From: Bacteroidia bacterium
GTDB taxonomy: Bacteria; Bacteroidota; Bacteroidia; Bacteroidales; UBA932
Reading direction: 5' to 3'
Length of the DNA stretch: 64,000 nucleotides
Assembly: GCA_030537315.1 (NCBI GenBank)
Contig: JAUNNZ010000007.1
Location: 381 to 64,380, forward strand
The stretch's first letter is position 1; each line of letters begins with the position of its first letter. Below are positions 36,037 through 46,669 of the stretch, one piece after another. The notes beneath the pieces were generated by a model. The model ran no database searches, was not told the DNA's origin, and was given only the letters and a program-made list of their open reading frames with translations. A program made the translations under genes and the position numbers.

Positions 36037-37150
36037 GAAATTGCGTGTCATTATCAGCGGCGGCGGCACCGGCGGTCATATTTTCCCTGCTGTATCCATC
36101 GCCGGCAAACTTACGGAAGTCAATCCGGAAACCGAAATACTCTTCGTAGGCGCGGAGGGCAAGATGGAGATGGAGAAAGTGCCGCAGGCCGGTTACAAGA
36201 TCGTCGGTCTGCCTATTGTCGGACTCCAGAGAAAACTGACGCTGAAGAATATCATCAACGACATAAAGGTTCCGTTCAAGGTGATCGGGAGCTATACTAT
36301 GGCAAAGAAGATCATCAAGGACTTCAAGCCTGACGTAGTTGTAGGCGTGGGCGGCTATGCCAGCGCCCCGCTTCTTTTCGCCGCCACATCGATGAAGGTC
36401 CCTTCCCTCATTCAGGAACAGAACGGATTTGCCGGCCTGACCAACAAGATGCTCGGCTCAAAGGTCGGCAGCATCTGCGTCGCGTATGACGGGATGGAGA
36501 AATTCTTCCCGAAGGAGAAGATCGTCTTCAGCGGCAACCCTATCCGTCCGGAGATGCACCAATATACCGGAGAGGACAAGATGCGCGGCATCAGATACTA
36601 TGGCCTTGACGAGAACAAGAAGCACCTGCTCATCGTAGGCGGCAGCCTTGGAGCCGGCACGCTCAACCGCGCCATGAAGGCGTGGATCGAGGCGGGATGT
36701 CCTGGCGGAGATGACGTCGAAGTACTCTGGCAGTGCGGCAAGTATTACAAGTCCGGAGTGGATGAATTCATGTCAGGACGCACACTTCCGCAAATACAGG
36801 CCACCGATTTCATCGGACGTATGGACCTCGCGTATGCGATGGCCGACGTAGTCATCAGCCGCAGCGGCGCATCTTCCGTTTCGGAACTCTGCGCCACAGG
36901 CAAGGCATCCATCTTCGTCCCGTCTCCGAATGTGGCCGAAGACCACCAGACTCACAACGCGATGGCTCTTGTCAGCAAAGACGCCGCCGTGCTTGTCAAG
37001 GACGCAGAAGCCGCTCAGAAGCTTCTGCCGACCGCAATGGAACTCATCCACGATTCAGACAGAATCGCCAGAATAGAACAGAACGCTCTCAAGCTTGCCA
37101 AGCTTGACGCGGCGCAGACAATTGTTGACGAAGTATATAAGCTCGTATGA
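36026..37150 (+). CDS. murG: Glycosyltransferase MurG
   Basis: Likely start MNYKK at 36026; GGGTGGHIFPA, GGYAS, GNPIR, GGSLGA, DHQT.NA. Confidence 0.96.
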   Translation: MNYKKLRVIISGGGTGGHIFPAVSIAGKLTEVNPETEILFVGAEGKMEMEKVPQAGYKIVGLPIVGLQRKLTLKNIINDIKVPFKVIGSYTMAKKIIKDFKPDVVVGVGGYASAPLLFAATSMKVPSLIQEQNGFAGLTNKMLGSKVGSICVAYDGMEKFFPKEKIVFSGNPIRPEMHQYTGEDKMRGIRYYGLDENKKHLLIVGGSLGAGTLNRAMKAWIEAGCPGGDDVEVLWQCGKYYKSGVDEFMSGRTLPQIQATDFIGRMDLAYAMADVVISRSGASSVSELCATGKASIFVPSPNVAEDHQTHNAMALVSKDAAVLVKDAEAAQKLLPTAMELIHDSDRIARIEQNALKLAKLDAAQTIVDEVYKLV

Positions 37151-38508
37151 AAAAGTCTTATTCCAACATCTATTTCATAGGCATAGGCGGCATAGGTATG
37201 AGCGCCATAGCCAGGTATTTCAAGTTCAAGGGATACGAGGTCTCCGGATATGACAAGACCCCGTCGGAACTGACCGCCGCCCTCGAGGCCGAAGGAATTC
37301 CGGTCCACTATGACGATGACATCAGCCGCATCCCGAAGAAAGTGAAAAGCACGCTGGTCGTATATACCCCGGCCATCCCAGCCACGCTCGGCGAACTTCA
37401 GTACGTGCTTGACAAAGGCTACCGCGTCATCAAGCGTTCGCAGATGCTCGGTGAGATAACCGCAGGCCAGACCTGCCTCGCCGTCGCCGGCACACACGGA
37501 AAGACCACGACATCCACTCTCGTAGCCCACATCATCACCGAGAGCGGCGAGGGCTGCTCCGCATTCCTCGGCGGCATCTCGAAAAACTACGAGACAAATA
37601 TGCTGATGAGCCATACACCTACCGTAGTCGTAGAGGCAGACGAGTTCGACCGTTCGTTCCACCAGCTTCATCCGGCAATCACCGCAATCACTGCGATGGA
37701 CGCCGATCATCTGGATATCTACGGTGACCTGGAGCACGTGCACGAAGCGTTCCGCAAATACGCTTCACAGGTTAGCGAAACCATCATTCTGAAACTTGGT
37801 CTGCCCATCACCTCCGATGACACCCAGGCAAAGATCTTCACATACCACTTCGACAATCCCGAGGCCGACTTCCACAGCACCAACCTGCGTCTCGACGCGA
37901 TGGGATACTACACTTATGACCTCGTATATCCTGGCGGAGTGCTCACCGACATCAAGGTCGGCGCGCTCGGCTGGGTCAATGTCGAGAACAGTATCGCCGC
38001 TGCGGCAGTATGCCTCTGCCACGGCGCGGACGGGCAGAAGGTGCGTCATGCCATAGGTACCTTCGAGGGCGCCAAGCGCCGCCTCGACGTCCACCTCAAC
38101 TCGCCGCATCTCACTTACATCGACGACTATGCGCACCACCCGGCAGAGCTGGCCAGCGCAATCTCATCGATACGCAGGATCTTCCCGGAGCGCAAGATAA
38201 CCGGCATATTCCAGCCGCATCTGTACACCAGGACACGCGACTTCGCCGACGAGTTCGCCGCCGCCCTCAGCCGCGTGGACAAACTCATCCTACTGGACAT
38301 CTATCCGGCCCGCGAGGAGCCTATCCCGGGTGTCACCTCCCAGATAATCTTCGACAAGGTCACCGCTCCCGAGAAGGTCCTGATGCGCAAGGAAGAGCTT
38401 ATGCCTTATCTTGAGAAAGAAGAACTCGACGTGCTCGCAACCTTCGGTGCGGGCAACATCGACAGATATATCGAGCCGATAACCCAGCTGCTTTCACACA
38501 GGATTTAG
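37147..38508 (+). CDS. murC: UDP-MurNAc--L-Ala ligase MurC
   Basis: GIGGIGMS, AGTHGKTTT, EADEFDRSF, DDYAHHP, FQPHLYTRT. Confidence 0.97.
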   Translation: MKKSYSNIYFIGIGGIGMSAIARYFKFKGYEVSGYDKTPSELTAALEAEGIPVHYDDDISRIPKKVKSTLVVYTPAIPATLGELQYVLDKGYRVIKRSQMLGEITAGQTCLAVAGTHGKTTTSTLVAHIITESGEGCSAFLGGISKNYETNMLMSHTPTVVVEADEFDRSFHQLHPAITAITAMDADHLDIYGDLEHVHEAFRKYASQVSETIILKLGLPITSDDTQAKIFTYHFDNPEADFHSTNLRLDAMGYYTYDLVYPGGVLTDIKVGALGWVNVENSIAAAAVCLCHGADGQKVRHAIGTFEGAKRRLDVHLNSPHLTYIDDYAHHPAELASAISSIRRIFPERKITGIFQPHLYTRTRDFADEFAAALSRVDKLILLDIYPAREEPIPGVTSQIIFDKVTAPEKVLMRKEELMPYLEKEELDVLATFGAGNIDRYIEPITQLLSHRI

Positions 38509-38513
38509 TTAGA

Positions 38514-39296
38514 ATGAACAAGGTCCTCAAATATTCTGTATTCGGAGTTCTCGTCGCAGGTTTCTGCGTCGGGATGTGGTTCCTCGCAAGGGAGACCAGG
38601 AACGGACGCGTGTCCCTGGCCTGCCGAAGCCTCGAAATCACATTCTGCGATTCGCTCGAGTTCGTTTCGAAAGAGGATATCAGAGGATTCATCAGCAGCG
38701 GATACGGGGCATATCTCGGCCAGCAGCTTGACAGCGTCAATCTCGGAAAGATCGAGAGGATCCTGGAATCCCAGAGCGCCGTGCAGAACAGCGAGGCGTG
38801 GGTGACCGATGACGGTGTCCTGCACGTGAGCATCACACAGAGAGCTCCAGTTGTACGTTTCCAGAATGGCGAGGTCGGCTATTATTCAGACGATCTGGGA
38901 TTCATTTTCCCGCTCCACCCGAGGTATACTGCAGATGTACCTCTGGTGGAGGGAGCCATTCCAATCGACATTGACGGGACATACAAGGGCATGGCCCCGA
39001 CCGGCAGGGAGAGGCAGTGGCTGGAGAGTATGATCGCGCTCACGCATTATGCCTATGACAGTCCGGAATGGAGAGGCCGTTTCAGCGGCTGCAAGGTGGA
39101 AAGCAACGGAGATGTCATACTGCTCCCGAGCAGCGGCGGAGAGAGATTCATCATTGGCCCGCTTACGGGCATCGAAGACAAGTTTGACAGGATAGACAAG
39201 TACTATTCATACATTTATGCCCGCAAGGGAGACTTCTACAGCATAGTAAATTTAAAATATAAAGGTCAAATCATATGCAGGACGAAAGATATGTAG
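38514..39296 (+). CDS. ftsQ: Cell division protein FtsQ
   Basis: N-terminal TM, POTRA-like region, ITQR.PV.R, NLKYKGQIIC; position in the cluster. Confidence 0.85.
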   Translation: MNKVLKYSVFGVLVAGFCVGMWFLARETRNGRVSLACRSLEITFCDSLEFVSKEDIRGFISSGYGAYLGQQLDSVNLGKIERILESQSAVQNSEAWVTDDGVLHVSITQRAPVVRFQNGEVGYYSDDLGFIFPLHPRYTADVPLVEGAIPIDIDGTYKGMAPTGRERQWLESMIALTHYAYDSPEWRGRFSGCKVESNGDVILLPSSGGERFIIGPLTGIEDKFDRIDKYYSYIYARKGDFYSIVNLKYKGQIICRTKDM

Positions 39297-40699
39297 CCTC
39301 AGCGGACCTGGGCTCAGGCAAGATTGCCATCAGCGTCGCCAAGATCGTCGGCGACGACATCCAGATCATTTACTACAAGGAGACGCCGTCCGACGGCATC
39401 CGGCACAGTCTCGTGTTCAACCCTAAAAAAGCATCAGACGCACTCAGGCTTGCCGTCAAGGAAGCCGAAAACGAGCTGAACATCAAGATCAGACAGATTG
39501 TCGTGGGTCTGCCGCGCTGCGACATCCACCAGGAAGTGGCGCCGGCACGGCTTGAGCGCAGCGAGCCCGACACCTGCATCACGCTCGAGGAAATCGTCGC
39601 GCTCAAGAATATGGCTCTCGACGACTACCCTCTGCAGGACGCCTCCAAGGAGGAGATCTATGGCGCCGTTGCCCAATCATTCTCAGCAGAAGACCTGATC
39701 AACCAGACTGAAGATGACATCACCGGAACCATCAGCGACATCCTTGAAGGAAACTTCAAGATCTTCGTCGGTTCAAAGTCTGCGATCAAGAATATAAATA
39801 TGATGTCCACCCTGGCCGAGATTGCACTCGGACGTCAGTATTTCGTCCCTGACGCCGTAGCGAAAGCAGTACTCACCAGTGGGGAGATGGACAATGGTGT
39901 CGCGCTTGTCGAGATCGGTTCCGGAGTCACCTCCCTCACCATCTACCACGGCGGCATCCTCAGATACTACTATGCCATCCCGTTCGGCGGCAACACAATT
40001 ACCACCGACATCAAATTCGAATGCGGCTTCAAGGAAGTCCTTGCGGAAAACATCAAGCTCGCATTCGGTTCCTGCCAGCCTGACAAGCTGCAGACGATGA
40101 GCGACAAGATCCTTCAGATCAACGACGAGGAAAGCGGCGGTTACGAACATCTTTCCGTCAGCTATCTGTCTCAGATAATCAACGCCCGCGCACAGGAAAT
40201 CATAGAAGCCATACTGTTCCTGATCCAGGAGAGCGGATACGCCGACAAGCTCCGCGACGGCGTGGTCCTGACAGGTGGCGGCGCGAACCTTGTCGGCCTG
40301 AGCAGCCTCTTCAAGGAGATGTCCGGATACTGCGTCCGTATGGGATTCCCGCGCATCAGCAAGTTCTGCTCCGCCGCCTGCCCGGGCGTCGGCGAGACCA
40401 GCGCTGCCGCGTCCATCGGTCTCATCCTCAAGGCAAAGGAAGATAAGTACATCAACTGCATAGAAGACCGTCCTGTCATCATCAAGGATGAGGAAGCGGA
40501 AACAGAAGATGATTTGAAGGGCACCGTATTCGAAAACAGCGACGTAATCGAGCCGAGCCGCAAAGGCGAAAGCAACGTCAGAAGATCCAAGAAGCCTAAG
40601 GGAAAGATCACCTGGGGCAACAAGCTTGCGAGCAAGCTCAGCAGCGCGTTCGAGAGCAGCACACTTGGCAATCTTTATGAAGAAATGGGTAAAGAGTAA
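39275..40699 (+). CDS. ftsA: Cell division protein FtsA
   Basis: DLGSGKI, EIGSGVT, IPFGG..IT.DI, GVVLTGGGA actin-fold motifs. Confidence 0.93.
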   Translation: MQDERYVASADLGSGKIAISVAKIVGDDIQIIYYKETPSDGIRHSLVFNPKKASDALRLAVKEAENELNIKIRQIVVGLPRCDIHQEVAPARLERSEPDTCITLEEIVALKNMALDDYPLQDASKEEIYGAVAQSFSAEDLINQTEDDITGTISDILEGNFKIFVGSKSAIKNINMMSTLAEIALGRQYFVPDAVAKAVLTSGEMDNGVALVEIGSGVTSLTIYHGGILRYYYAIPFGGNTITTDIKFECGFKEVLAENIKLAFGSCQPDKLQTMSDKILQINDEESGGYEHLSVSYLSQIINARAQEIIEAILFLIQESGYADKLRDGVVLTGGGANLVGLSSLFKEMSGYCVRMGFPRISKFCSAACPGVGETSAAASIGLILKAKEDKYINCIEDRPVIIKDEEAETEDDLKGTVFENSDVIEPSRKGESNVRRSKKPKGKITWGNKLASKLSSAFESSTLGNLYEEMGKE

Positions 40700-40711
40700 A
40701 AATTAAACGTT

Positions 40712-41947
40712 ATGATAGACGACACCTTAGAAGTAATCGCCCCTAGTGATTGGGTGATATCAGACGAGATCATCAAGGTCATCGGCGTAGGCGGCGGCGG
40801 TTGCAACGCTGTAAACTATATGTTCCGCCAGGGCATCAAAGGCTGCAGTTTCGTAGTCTGCAACACTGACTCTCAGGCTCTCACCGGCAGCCCTGTTCCG
40901 GTCAAAATCCAGCTCGGAGCGGGCCTCGGAGCGGGCACCGACCCTATCAAGGGCCGCAACGCCGCTCTCGAAAGCCAGGACGAGATTGAAAAAGTTGTCA
41001 TTGACAGCAACACGCGAATGCTCTTCATCACCGCAGGTATGGGCGGCGGTACCGGTACCGGCGCGGCCCCTGTCATCGCCAAGATGGCGAAGGAGAAGGG
41101 TATCCTTACGGTTGCGGTAGTGACCCTTCCGTTCCAGAACGAGGGCAACGAGGCGCTCACCCGCGCCATCGACGGTGTCCACGAACTGGAGAAGAACGTG
41201 GATTCACTGCTGCTCATCAACAATGAGAAACTGCACGAATACTTCGGCAACCAGCTCATACAGGATGCTTTCCCGCAGGCAGATGAAGTCCTCTCCACCG
41301 CGGTTAGAGGCATCATAGAAATCATCAAGAAGCCGGGCTACATCAACGTGGACTTCAAGGATGTCGAGACTATGATGAAGAACTCCGGAATGGCATTGAT
41401 GGGAGCCGGCGTAGGAGCCGGCGAGAACCGCATCGAAGATGCCGTGAAAGCGGCTTTCGAGTCACCACTCCTCAACGACTTCGACCTCAAGACAGCCAAG
41501 AAGGTGCTCATCAACATCACCTGCGGCCACAACGAACACGGCCTCACGATGGACGACCTCAACGAGATCAACAACAAGATTGACGAATACACCGGCCGCG
41601 CCAACAACTTCAAGCGCGGTCTCATCTGGGACGACGACCCTAACATCGGAGACACCGTCCGCATCACGTCGATCGTCACCGGCCTCAAGTTCTCCGATAT
41701 CCTCGGCCCGAACAAGGAAATCGGCAACTACATCAACATCACAAAGAGTTTCGTCTATGACAGGAAGGCCGCTGCAAGCGAGGGCATCTCGCTCGAGGAC
41801 GGCGGCATCCGCAAGATAGGGTTCAACTCCAAGGACAATGTGCGCACGTTCAACTTCGACCTTGACGAGAAGCCGCTGCTTCTCGTGAACAAGGGAGACA
41901 ACCGTGCTGACATAGAAAACACACCTGCAATCAGAAGAAAGCATTAG
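40712..41947 (+). CDS. ftsZ: Cell division protein FtsZ
   Basis: GVGGGGCNA, GMGGGTGTG, INVDFKDV, C-terminal PAIRR. Confidence 0.98.
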   Translation: MIDDTLEVIAPSDWVISDEIIKVIGVGGGGCNAVNYMFRQGIKGCSFVVCNTDSQALTGSPVPVKIQLGAGLGAGTDPIKGRNAALESQDEIEKVVIDSNTRMLFITAGMGGGTGTGAAPVIAKMAKEKGILTVAVVTLPFQNEGNEALTRAIDGVHELEKNVDSLLLINNEKLHEYFGNQLIQDAFPQADEVLSTAVRGIIEIIKKPGYINVDFKDVETMMKNSGMALMGAGVGAGENRIEDAVKAAFESPLLNDFDLKTAKKVLINITCGHNEHGLTMDDLNEINNKIDEYTGRANNFKRGLIWDDDPNIGDTVRITSIVTGLKFSDILGPNKEIGNYINITKSFVYDRKAAASEGISLEDGGIRKIGFNSKDNVRTFNFDLDEKPLLLVNKGDNRADIENTPAIRRKH

Positions 41948-41948
41948 T

Positions 41949-43475
41949 ATGAGACGCACAAGAGTAAGATTCGCACCGTCACCAACCGGCCCGCTGCATA
42001 TGGGCGGCGTCCGCACGGCGCTGTACAACTACCTTTTTGCAAAAAAGAACGGAGGTGACTTCATCCTCCGCATCGAGGATACCGACTCGCACCGTTTCGT
42101 GCCGGGAGCCGAAGAATATATCATCGAGGCGCTCCGCTGGTGCGGCATCGTGCCTGACGAGGGTGTCGATGAGAACGGCAAGGTCGTTGAGGCCGCTTCT
42201 GAAAAGCACCCGCACGCACCTTACCGCCAGAGCCAGAGGCGCGGCATCTACCGCCAGTATGCCGACCAGCTGGTCGAAGGCGGCTTCGCATATTACGCCT
42301 TCGACACTTCCGAAGAGCTTGAGAAAGCCCGCGCAGAGGCCGAGGGCAAGGGCGAGACTTTCATCTACAACTACACCACCCGCAAGACTCTCCGCAATTC
42401 CCTCACCCTTCCGGCTGAGGAGGTTGCAAAGCTACTTGAGGAACGCACCGACTGGACGGTGCGCTTCAAGATGCCGGAGGACACAGTCGTTGCTATGGAC
42501 GATATGATCCGCGGCCACATCGAGGTGAATACCTCCACCCTCGACGACAAGGTACTGTGGAAACGCGCAGACGAACTTCCGACCTACCATCTCGCCAACA
42601 TCGTCGATGACCATCTTATGGAAATCACCGAAGTTATCCGCGGCGAGGAATGGCTCCCTTCCCTGCCTCTTCACTACCTTCTCTACCAGTCTTTCGGCTG
42701 GACTGACACGATGCCGCGCTTCGCGCATCTGCCGCTTCTTCTGAAACCTGTAGGCAACGGCAAGCTCAGCAAGCGTGACGGCGACAAGATGGGATTCCCC
42801 GTTTTCCCTCTCAACTGGAAGAACTCCGAGGGCGAGACCTACCACGGCTACCGCGAGGACGGATATTTCCCTGAGGCATTCGTGAACCTCCTCGCAATGC
42901 TCGGCTGGAATCCGGGTACCGAGCAGGAACTGTTCAGCCTTGACGAACTCGTGGAGGCATTCTCCATCGACAAGGTCAGCAAGAGCGGAGCGAAGTTCAA
43001 CCCCGACAAGGCCAAATGGTACAACAAGGAATACCTCAGGATGAAGGATGACACCGACCTCGCGATGGCGTTCATCCCTGTTCTCGCAGAAAACGGAATA
43101 AAGGAATCTTCATTCGAAATGGTGAAGAATGTTGTTGCACTTATCAAGGAACGCGCTACCTTTGTAAATGATTTCTGGGGCATCTGCTGGTATCTGTTCA
43201 AGGCACCTGAGGAATTCGCGGAGAAAGATGCCGCGAAGTTCTGGAAGGAGGAGAACGTCACTATGGCGGAAGAGGCTTTGACCGCCACCGGCACTGCCGA
43301 AGAGATGGAGGAATACATCCGCGCGAAAGAGTGGCCTATGGGCAAGGTGATGAACTGCATAAGGCTTTCACTCACAGGCGCCTCCAGCGGACTTGGTATT
43401 GCTGACATTATGAAATTCATCGGCCACGACGAAGCCGTGCGCCGTTTCAAATATGCAAAGGAGACTTTAAAATGA
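41949..43475 (+). CDS. gltX: Glutamate--tRNA ligase
   Basis: RFAPSPTG.LHMG, RIEDTD, VIRGEEW, KLSKR. Confidence 0.97.
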   Translation: MRRTRVRFAPSPTGPLHMGGVRTALYNYLFAKKNGGDFILRIEDTDSHRFVPGAEEYIIEALRWCGIVPDEGVDENGKVVEAASEKHPHAPYRQSQRRGIYRQYADQLVEGGFAYYAFDTSEELEKARAEAEGKGETFIYNYTTRKTLRNSLTLPAEEVAKLLEERTDWTVRFKMPEDTVVAMDDMIRGHIEVNTSTLDDKVLWKRADELPTYHLANIVDDHLMEITEVIRGEEWLPSLPLHYLLYQSFGWTDTMPRFAHLPLLLKPVGNGKLSKRDGDKMGFPVFPLNWKNSEGETYHGYREDGYFPEAFVNLLAMLGWNPGTEQELFSLDELVEAFSIDKVSKSGAKFNPDKAKWYNKEYLRMKDDTDLAMAFIPVLAENGIKESSFEMVKNVVALIKERATFVNDFWGICWYLFKAPEEFAEKDAAKFWKEENVTMAEEALTATGTAEEMEEYIRAKEWPMGKVMNCIRLSLTGASSGLGIADIMKFIGHDEAVRRFKYAKETLK

Positions 43476-43903
43476 GAATAGGAATCTGCAGCGATCATGC
43501 CGGTGTTGACTACAAGACAAGGCTGATCAGTTATCTTCTGGGCAAAGGTTATGATGTCGTGAACTTCGGCACCGATTCTGCCGACAGCTGTGATTATGCC
43601 GACTTCGCCCATCCGATGGCCTATGCCATCGAGGAAGGTGAAGTGGACTGCGGCATCGCGATCTGCGGCACCGGCAACGGTATGGCCCTCGCCTTGAACC
43701 ACCATCAGGGAATACGCGCAGGACTCGCCTGGAACAAGGATGTCGCCCACCTCGTGAAGGAGCACAACAACGCCAATGTCCTTGTGATGCCTGCAAGATT
43801 TGCCAGCTATCAGATGTGCAACCTTATGGTCCGCGAGTGGCTTTCAACCGAATTCGCAGGCGGACGTCATCAGAGACGCATTGATAAAATACCTGTCAAA
43901 TAA
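43472..43903 (+). CDS. rpiB: Ribose-5-phosphate isomerase B
   Basis: SDHAG, CGTGNG, HNNANV, F.GGRH.RR. Confidence 0.95.
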   Translation: MRIGICSDHAGVDYKTRLISYLLGKGYDVVNFGTDSADSCDYADFAHPMAYAIEEGEVDCGIAICGTGNGMALALNHHQGIRAGLAWNKDVAHLVKEHNNANVLVMPARFASYQMCNLMVREWLSTEFAGGRHQRRIDKIPVK

Positions 43904-44690
43904 TATCGAGGACTACCCGGAAGGGATAGTGCTGCCGATTGACAAGCCTTACAGATGGACATCGGCTGATGTTATCCGCAAGGTAAAGTTTGCGGCGATC
44001 CGTCATTTCGGCAAGAAGAATCTGAAGGTCGGTCACGCGGGGACGCTGGATCCCCTCGCGACCGGCATTCTGCTTGTGTGCCTCGGCCCCGCCACGAAGC
44101 GCGCCGAAGAGCTTCAGCGCTCCGCCAAGCAGTACGTCGCCGGAGTCACATTCGGCGCGACCACGCCGTCCTATGACCTTGAGAAGGATATAGACAGGGA
44201 GTATCCTCTTGACGGCGTGTCGGAAGAATCGGTGCGCGGCCTGCTGCCGCGTTTCATCGGCGAGCAGGACCAGGTAGCCCCGCTTTTCAGCGCGAAGTCC
44301 GTTGACGGCGTGCGCGCCTACGAAACAGCGCGCAAGCTCTACAAGGCCGGGCAGCTCACCGAAGAGAACAACATCCTCCAGGCCAACCGCATCAACATTT
44401 ACGACCTTGAATTACTGTCGTTCGATACCCCATCATTTGTGAATTCTCCTGCGGTGGAGGAATCGAAGAAGAACAGGATAAACGTCGCCGACATATCGGA
44501 ATATGCGTTGCCGACGGCGATGATCAAAGTTGACTGTTCAAAGGGAACGTATATCAGAGCGCTCGCGCGCGACCTGGGCGAAGCGCTCGGCAGCGGAGCC
44601 TTCCTGAGCTCGCTGCGGCGCACAGCCAACGGAGGCTTCAGTATCTCTGAAGCCCTCACTCTGGACGAAGTCCTCGCCCTCCTTAACTAA
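43881..44690 (+). CDS. truB: tRNA pseudouridine(55) synthase TruB
   Basis: DKP..WTS, KVGHAGTLDPLATG, CSKGTYIRALARDLG; start uncertain (in-frame TTG at 43881). Confidence 0.93.
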   Translation: MIKYLSNNIEDYPEGIVLPIDKPYRWTSADVIRKVKFAAIRHFGKKNLKVGHAGTLDPLATGILLVCLGPATKRAEELQRSAKQYVAGVTFGATTPSYDLEKDIDREYPLDGVSEESVRGLLPRFIGEQDQVAPLFSAKSVDGVRAYETARKLYKAGQLTEENNILQANRINIYDLELLSFDTPSFVNSPAVEESKKNRINVADISEYALPTAMIKVDCSKGTYIRALARDLGEALGSGAFLSSLRRTANGGFSISEALTLDEVLALLN

Positions 44691-46102
44691 AAATTGAAGT
44701 AATTCTTCGCGTTGTTGTAGGACACGTCCTCAACCATCTTGCCGATGAAATCAAGCTCGGATGAAGGCAGCCTACCACTCTCGACGTCTGCGCCTATCAT
44801 ATCGCACATGATGCGGCGGAAGTACTCGTGACGAGGATATGAGATGAAGCTGCGGGAGTCGGTGAGCATTCCGACGAAACGGCTGAAAAGGCCAAGGTTT
44901 GAAACGGCGGTCATCTGTCTGCGCATACCGTCCTCCTGGTCGAGGAACCACCAGCCGGCACCGAGCTGAAGCTTTCCGGGACAGGTTCCGTCATTGAAGG
45001 TTGCAGCCATTGATGCCATCACCTCGAAGTCCTTAGGATTCAGGCAATAGAGGATAGTCTTGGTAAGACTGCCCGCAAGATAAAGCCTGTCGAAGAACTT
45101 ATGTCCGTCAACGGAAATCTGATGGTCAAGTATCGAATCGAAGCCTGCATCAGGACCAAAGTCACGGAACATCTTCGTATTGTTGTTGCGGCTAGGCCCT
45201 ACGTGATACTGCTGGACCCAACCGGCATTGTCATCCATAACGGCCTGGTCATACAGGAATGCGCTGCGGAATTTCTCGATTTCGCGTGGCCCCGGTTCAA
45301 AGCCTAGGAGGACCTTCTTGAAGATCGCCTCGATCTCAAGGGTCGTATAGTCTTCTGCATAGAACTTGTCCATACCGTGGTCGGACAGGCAGCATCCCAT
45401 CGAAGCGAAGAAATCGTGACGGACCTGGAGCGCATCCATAAGGTCGGAGTAGGATTTGATCTCAATTCCGGAAGCTTCCTCCAGGGCAGAGAGATATGCC
45501 TTGTAAGCCTTGGGGTTCTCTATTGCCATAGCCTTGTCAGGGCGCCAGGCCGGAAGGACCTTCGTCCCGAAAGGATGTTCAAGAATCATCTTGTGCCAGC
45601 GGAGGTCGTCCACAGGATCATCTGTGGTGCAGAGCGTATCAACGTTGAATTTGCGGATCAGGGCCTGGCCACGGAATTCAGGGGTGGCCAGCTTGGCATT
45701 GCACTCTTCGAATATTTCGCGGGCCGTCTCGGGCTTGAGTATCTTGTCGATACCGAAGGCACGGCTGAGCTCGAGGTGTGTCCAATGATAGAGCGGGTTG
45801 CGCATCGCGTGCTGGATGGTGTCAGCCCATTTCTCGAATTTCTCCCAGGAGGAAGTTTCGCTGCCGGTGATATAGTCTTCAGTGACTCCGTTCGCCCTCA
45901 TTGCGCGCCATTTGTAATGGTCGCCCGCCTTGCCGTCCACCAGCCAAAGCTGCGTAATGTCACGGAACTGAATGTTCTCAGCAATCTGCTGCGGAGAAAG
46001 ATGACAATGATAATCAATAATCGGCATCTTCGCCGCGTGACCGTGGTACAGCTTTTCCGCCGTACCGTTGGTAAGCATAAAATCTTTGTTGATGAATGAC
46101 AT
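44687..46102 (-). CDS. uxaC: Glucuronate isomerase UxaC
   Basis: Likely start MSFINK at 46102; IIDYHCHL, DHYKWRAMR, NPLYHWTHLEL, WWFLD, GMLTDSRSF.SY.RHEYFRR. Confidence 0.96.
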   Translation of the reverse strand: MSFINKDFMLTNGTAEKLYHGHAAKMPIIDYHCHLSPQQIAENIQFRDITQLWLVDGKAGDHYKWRAMRANGVTEDYITGSETSSWEKFEKWADTIQHAMRNPLYHWTHLELSRAFGIDKILKPETAREIFEECNAKLATPEFRGQALIRKFNVDTLCTTDDPVDDLRWHKMILEHPFGTKVLPAWRPDKAMAIENPKAYKAYLSALEEASGIEIKSYSDLMDALQVRHDFFASMGCCLSDHGMDKFYAEDYTTLEIEAIFKKVLLGFEPGPREIEKFRSAFLYDQAVMDDNAGWVQQYHVGPSRNNNTKMFRDFGPDAGFDSILDHQISVDGHKFFDRLYLAGSLTKTILYCLNPKDFEVMASMAATFNDGTCPGKLQLGAGWWFLDQEDGMRRQMTAVSNLGLFSRFVGMLTDSRSFISYPRHEYFRRIMCDMIGADVESGRLPSSELDFIGKMVEDVSYNNAKNYFNF

Positions 46103-46126
46103 TTCGTATCTGTTTTCTTGTAAAAA

Positions 46127-46134
46127 CAAATATA
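46127..46134 (-). promoter_or_regulatory. -7 element (TATATTTG) for uxaC
   Basis: TAnnTTTG match 24 nt upstream of the uxaC ATG. Confidence 0.6.
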
Positions 46135-46136
46135 CG

Positions 46137-46178
46137 AAAAAAGTTGAACACCCGCGAGTGACCCGCGGGTGTTCAGCT
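46137..46178 (-). terminator. Intrinsic terminator after the DUF4252 gene
   Basis: AGCTGAACACCCGCG...CGCGGGTGTTCAACT stem followed by a T run on the minus strand. Confidence 0.85.
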
Positions 46179-46668
46179 ATCTGTTTTTCATTGCTGATGC
46201 AACAGCCTTTTCGACTTCGGTGCGGTCCATTTTGCCGTCGAAACAGATGAAGGTGCATTCACCGGCTTCCTTGACGAGAAAGACAAAACTATCGATGACC
46301 TTGTCGGTGCCGGAGGTGTACATCCTAACATTCTGGCCGTTTTCCTTGACTTCCATCAGCATCTCATACCTGCCCCTTGAAATCATACGCTCAGCCTCAC
46401 TGCTGAGGGCGGAATTGATGTTCTTGTTTTCGCTGCTGATGATATACATTCCAGTAAGGGAACGAACGAAGGCGCCGAGGTTAAAGGATGAGCCGTCTGA
46501 TACTTCGATATCCGGGAGACGTCCCATAAGTCGGAACATTGCAGGAGAGATATAGACGGCGCTTACGTCCGCCTCATCTGAATACCTGTTGTAGATGCTT
46601 TTGCCGTCCTGGGCGAAAGCGCTTACGGTCATAAGGACTGCCGCAGCTATGATGATGATCTTTTTCAT
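46177..46668 (-). CDS. DUF4252 family exported protein
   Basis: Signal peptide AFA-Q; Y....VSAVYISPAMF, YEMLMEVKE.G..V. Confidence 0.8.
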   Translation of the reverse strand: MKKIIIIAAAVLMTVSAFAQDGKSIYNRYSDEADVSAVYISPAMFRLMGRLPDIEVSDGSSFNLGAFVRSLTGMYIISSENKNINSALSSEAERMISRGRYEMLMEVKENGQNVRMYTSGTDKVIDSFVFLVKEAGECTFICFDGKMDRTEVEKAVASAMKNR

Positions 46669-46669
46669 T

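Noticed and set aside
27284-41947. Absence of murF and ddl from the dcw cluster
   Set aside because: Usual arrangement in Bacteroidota; not novel
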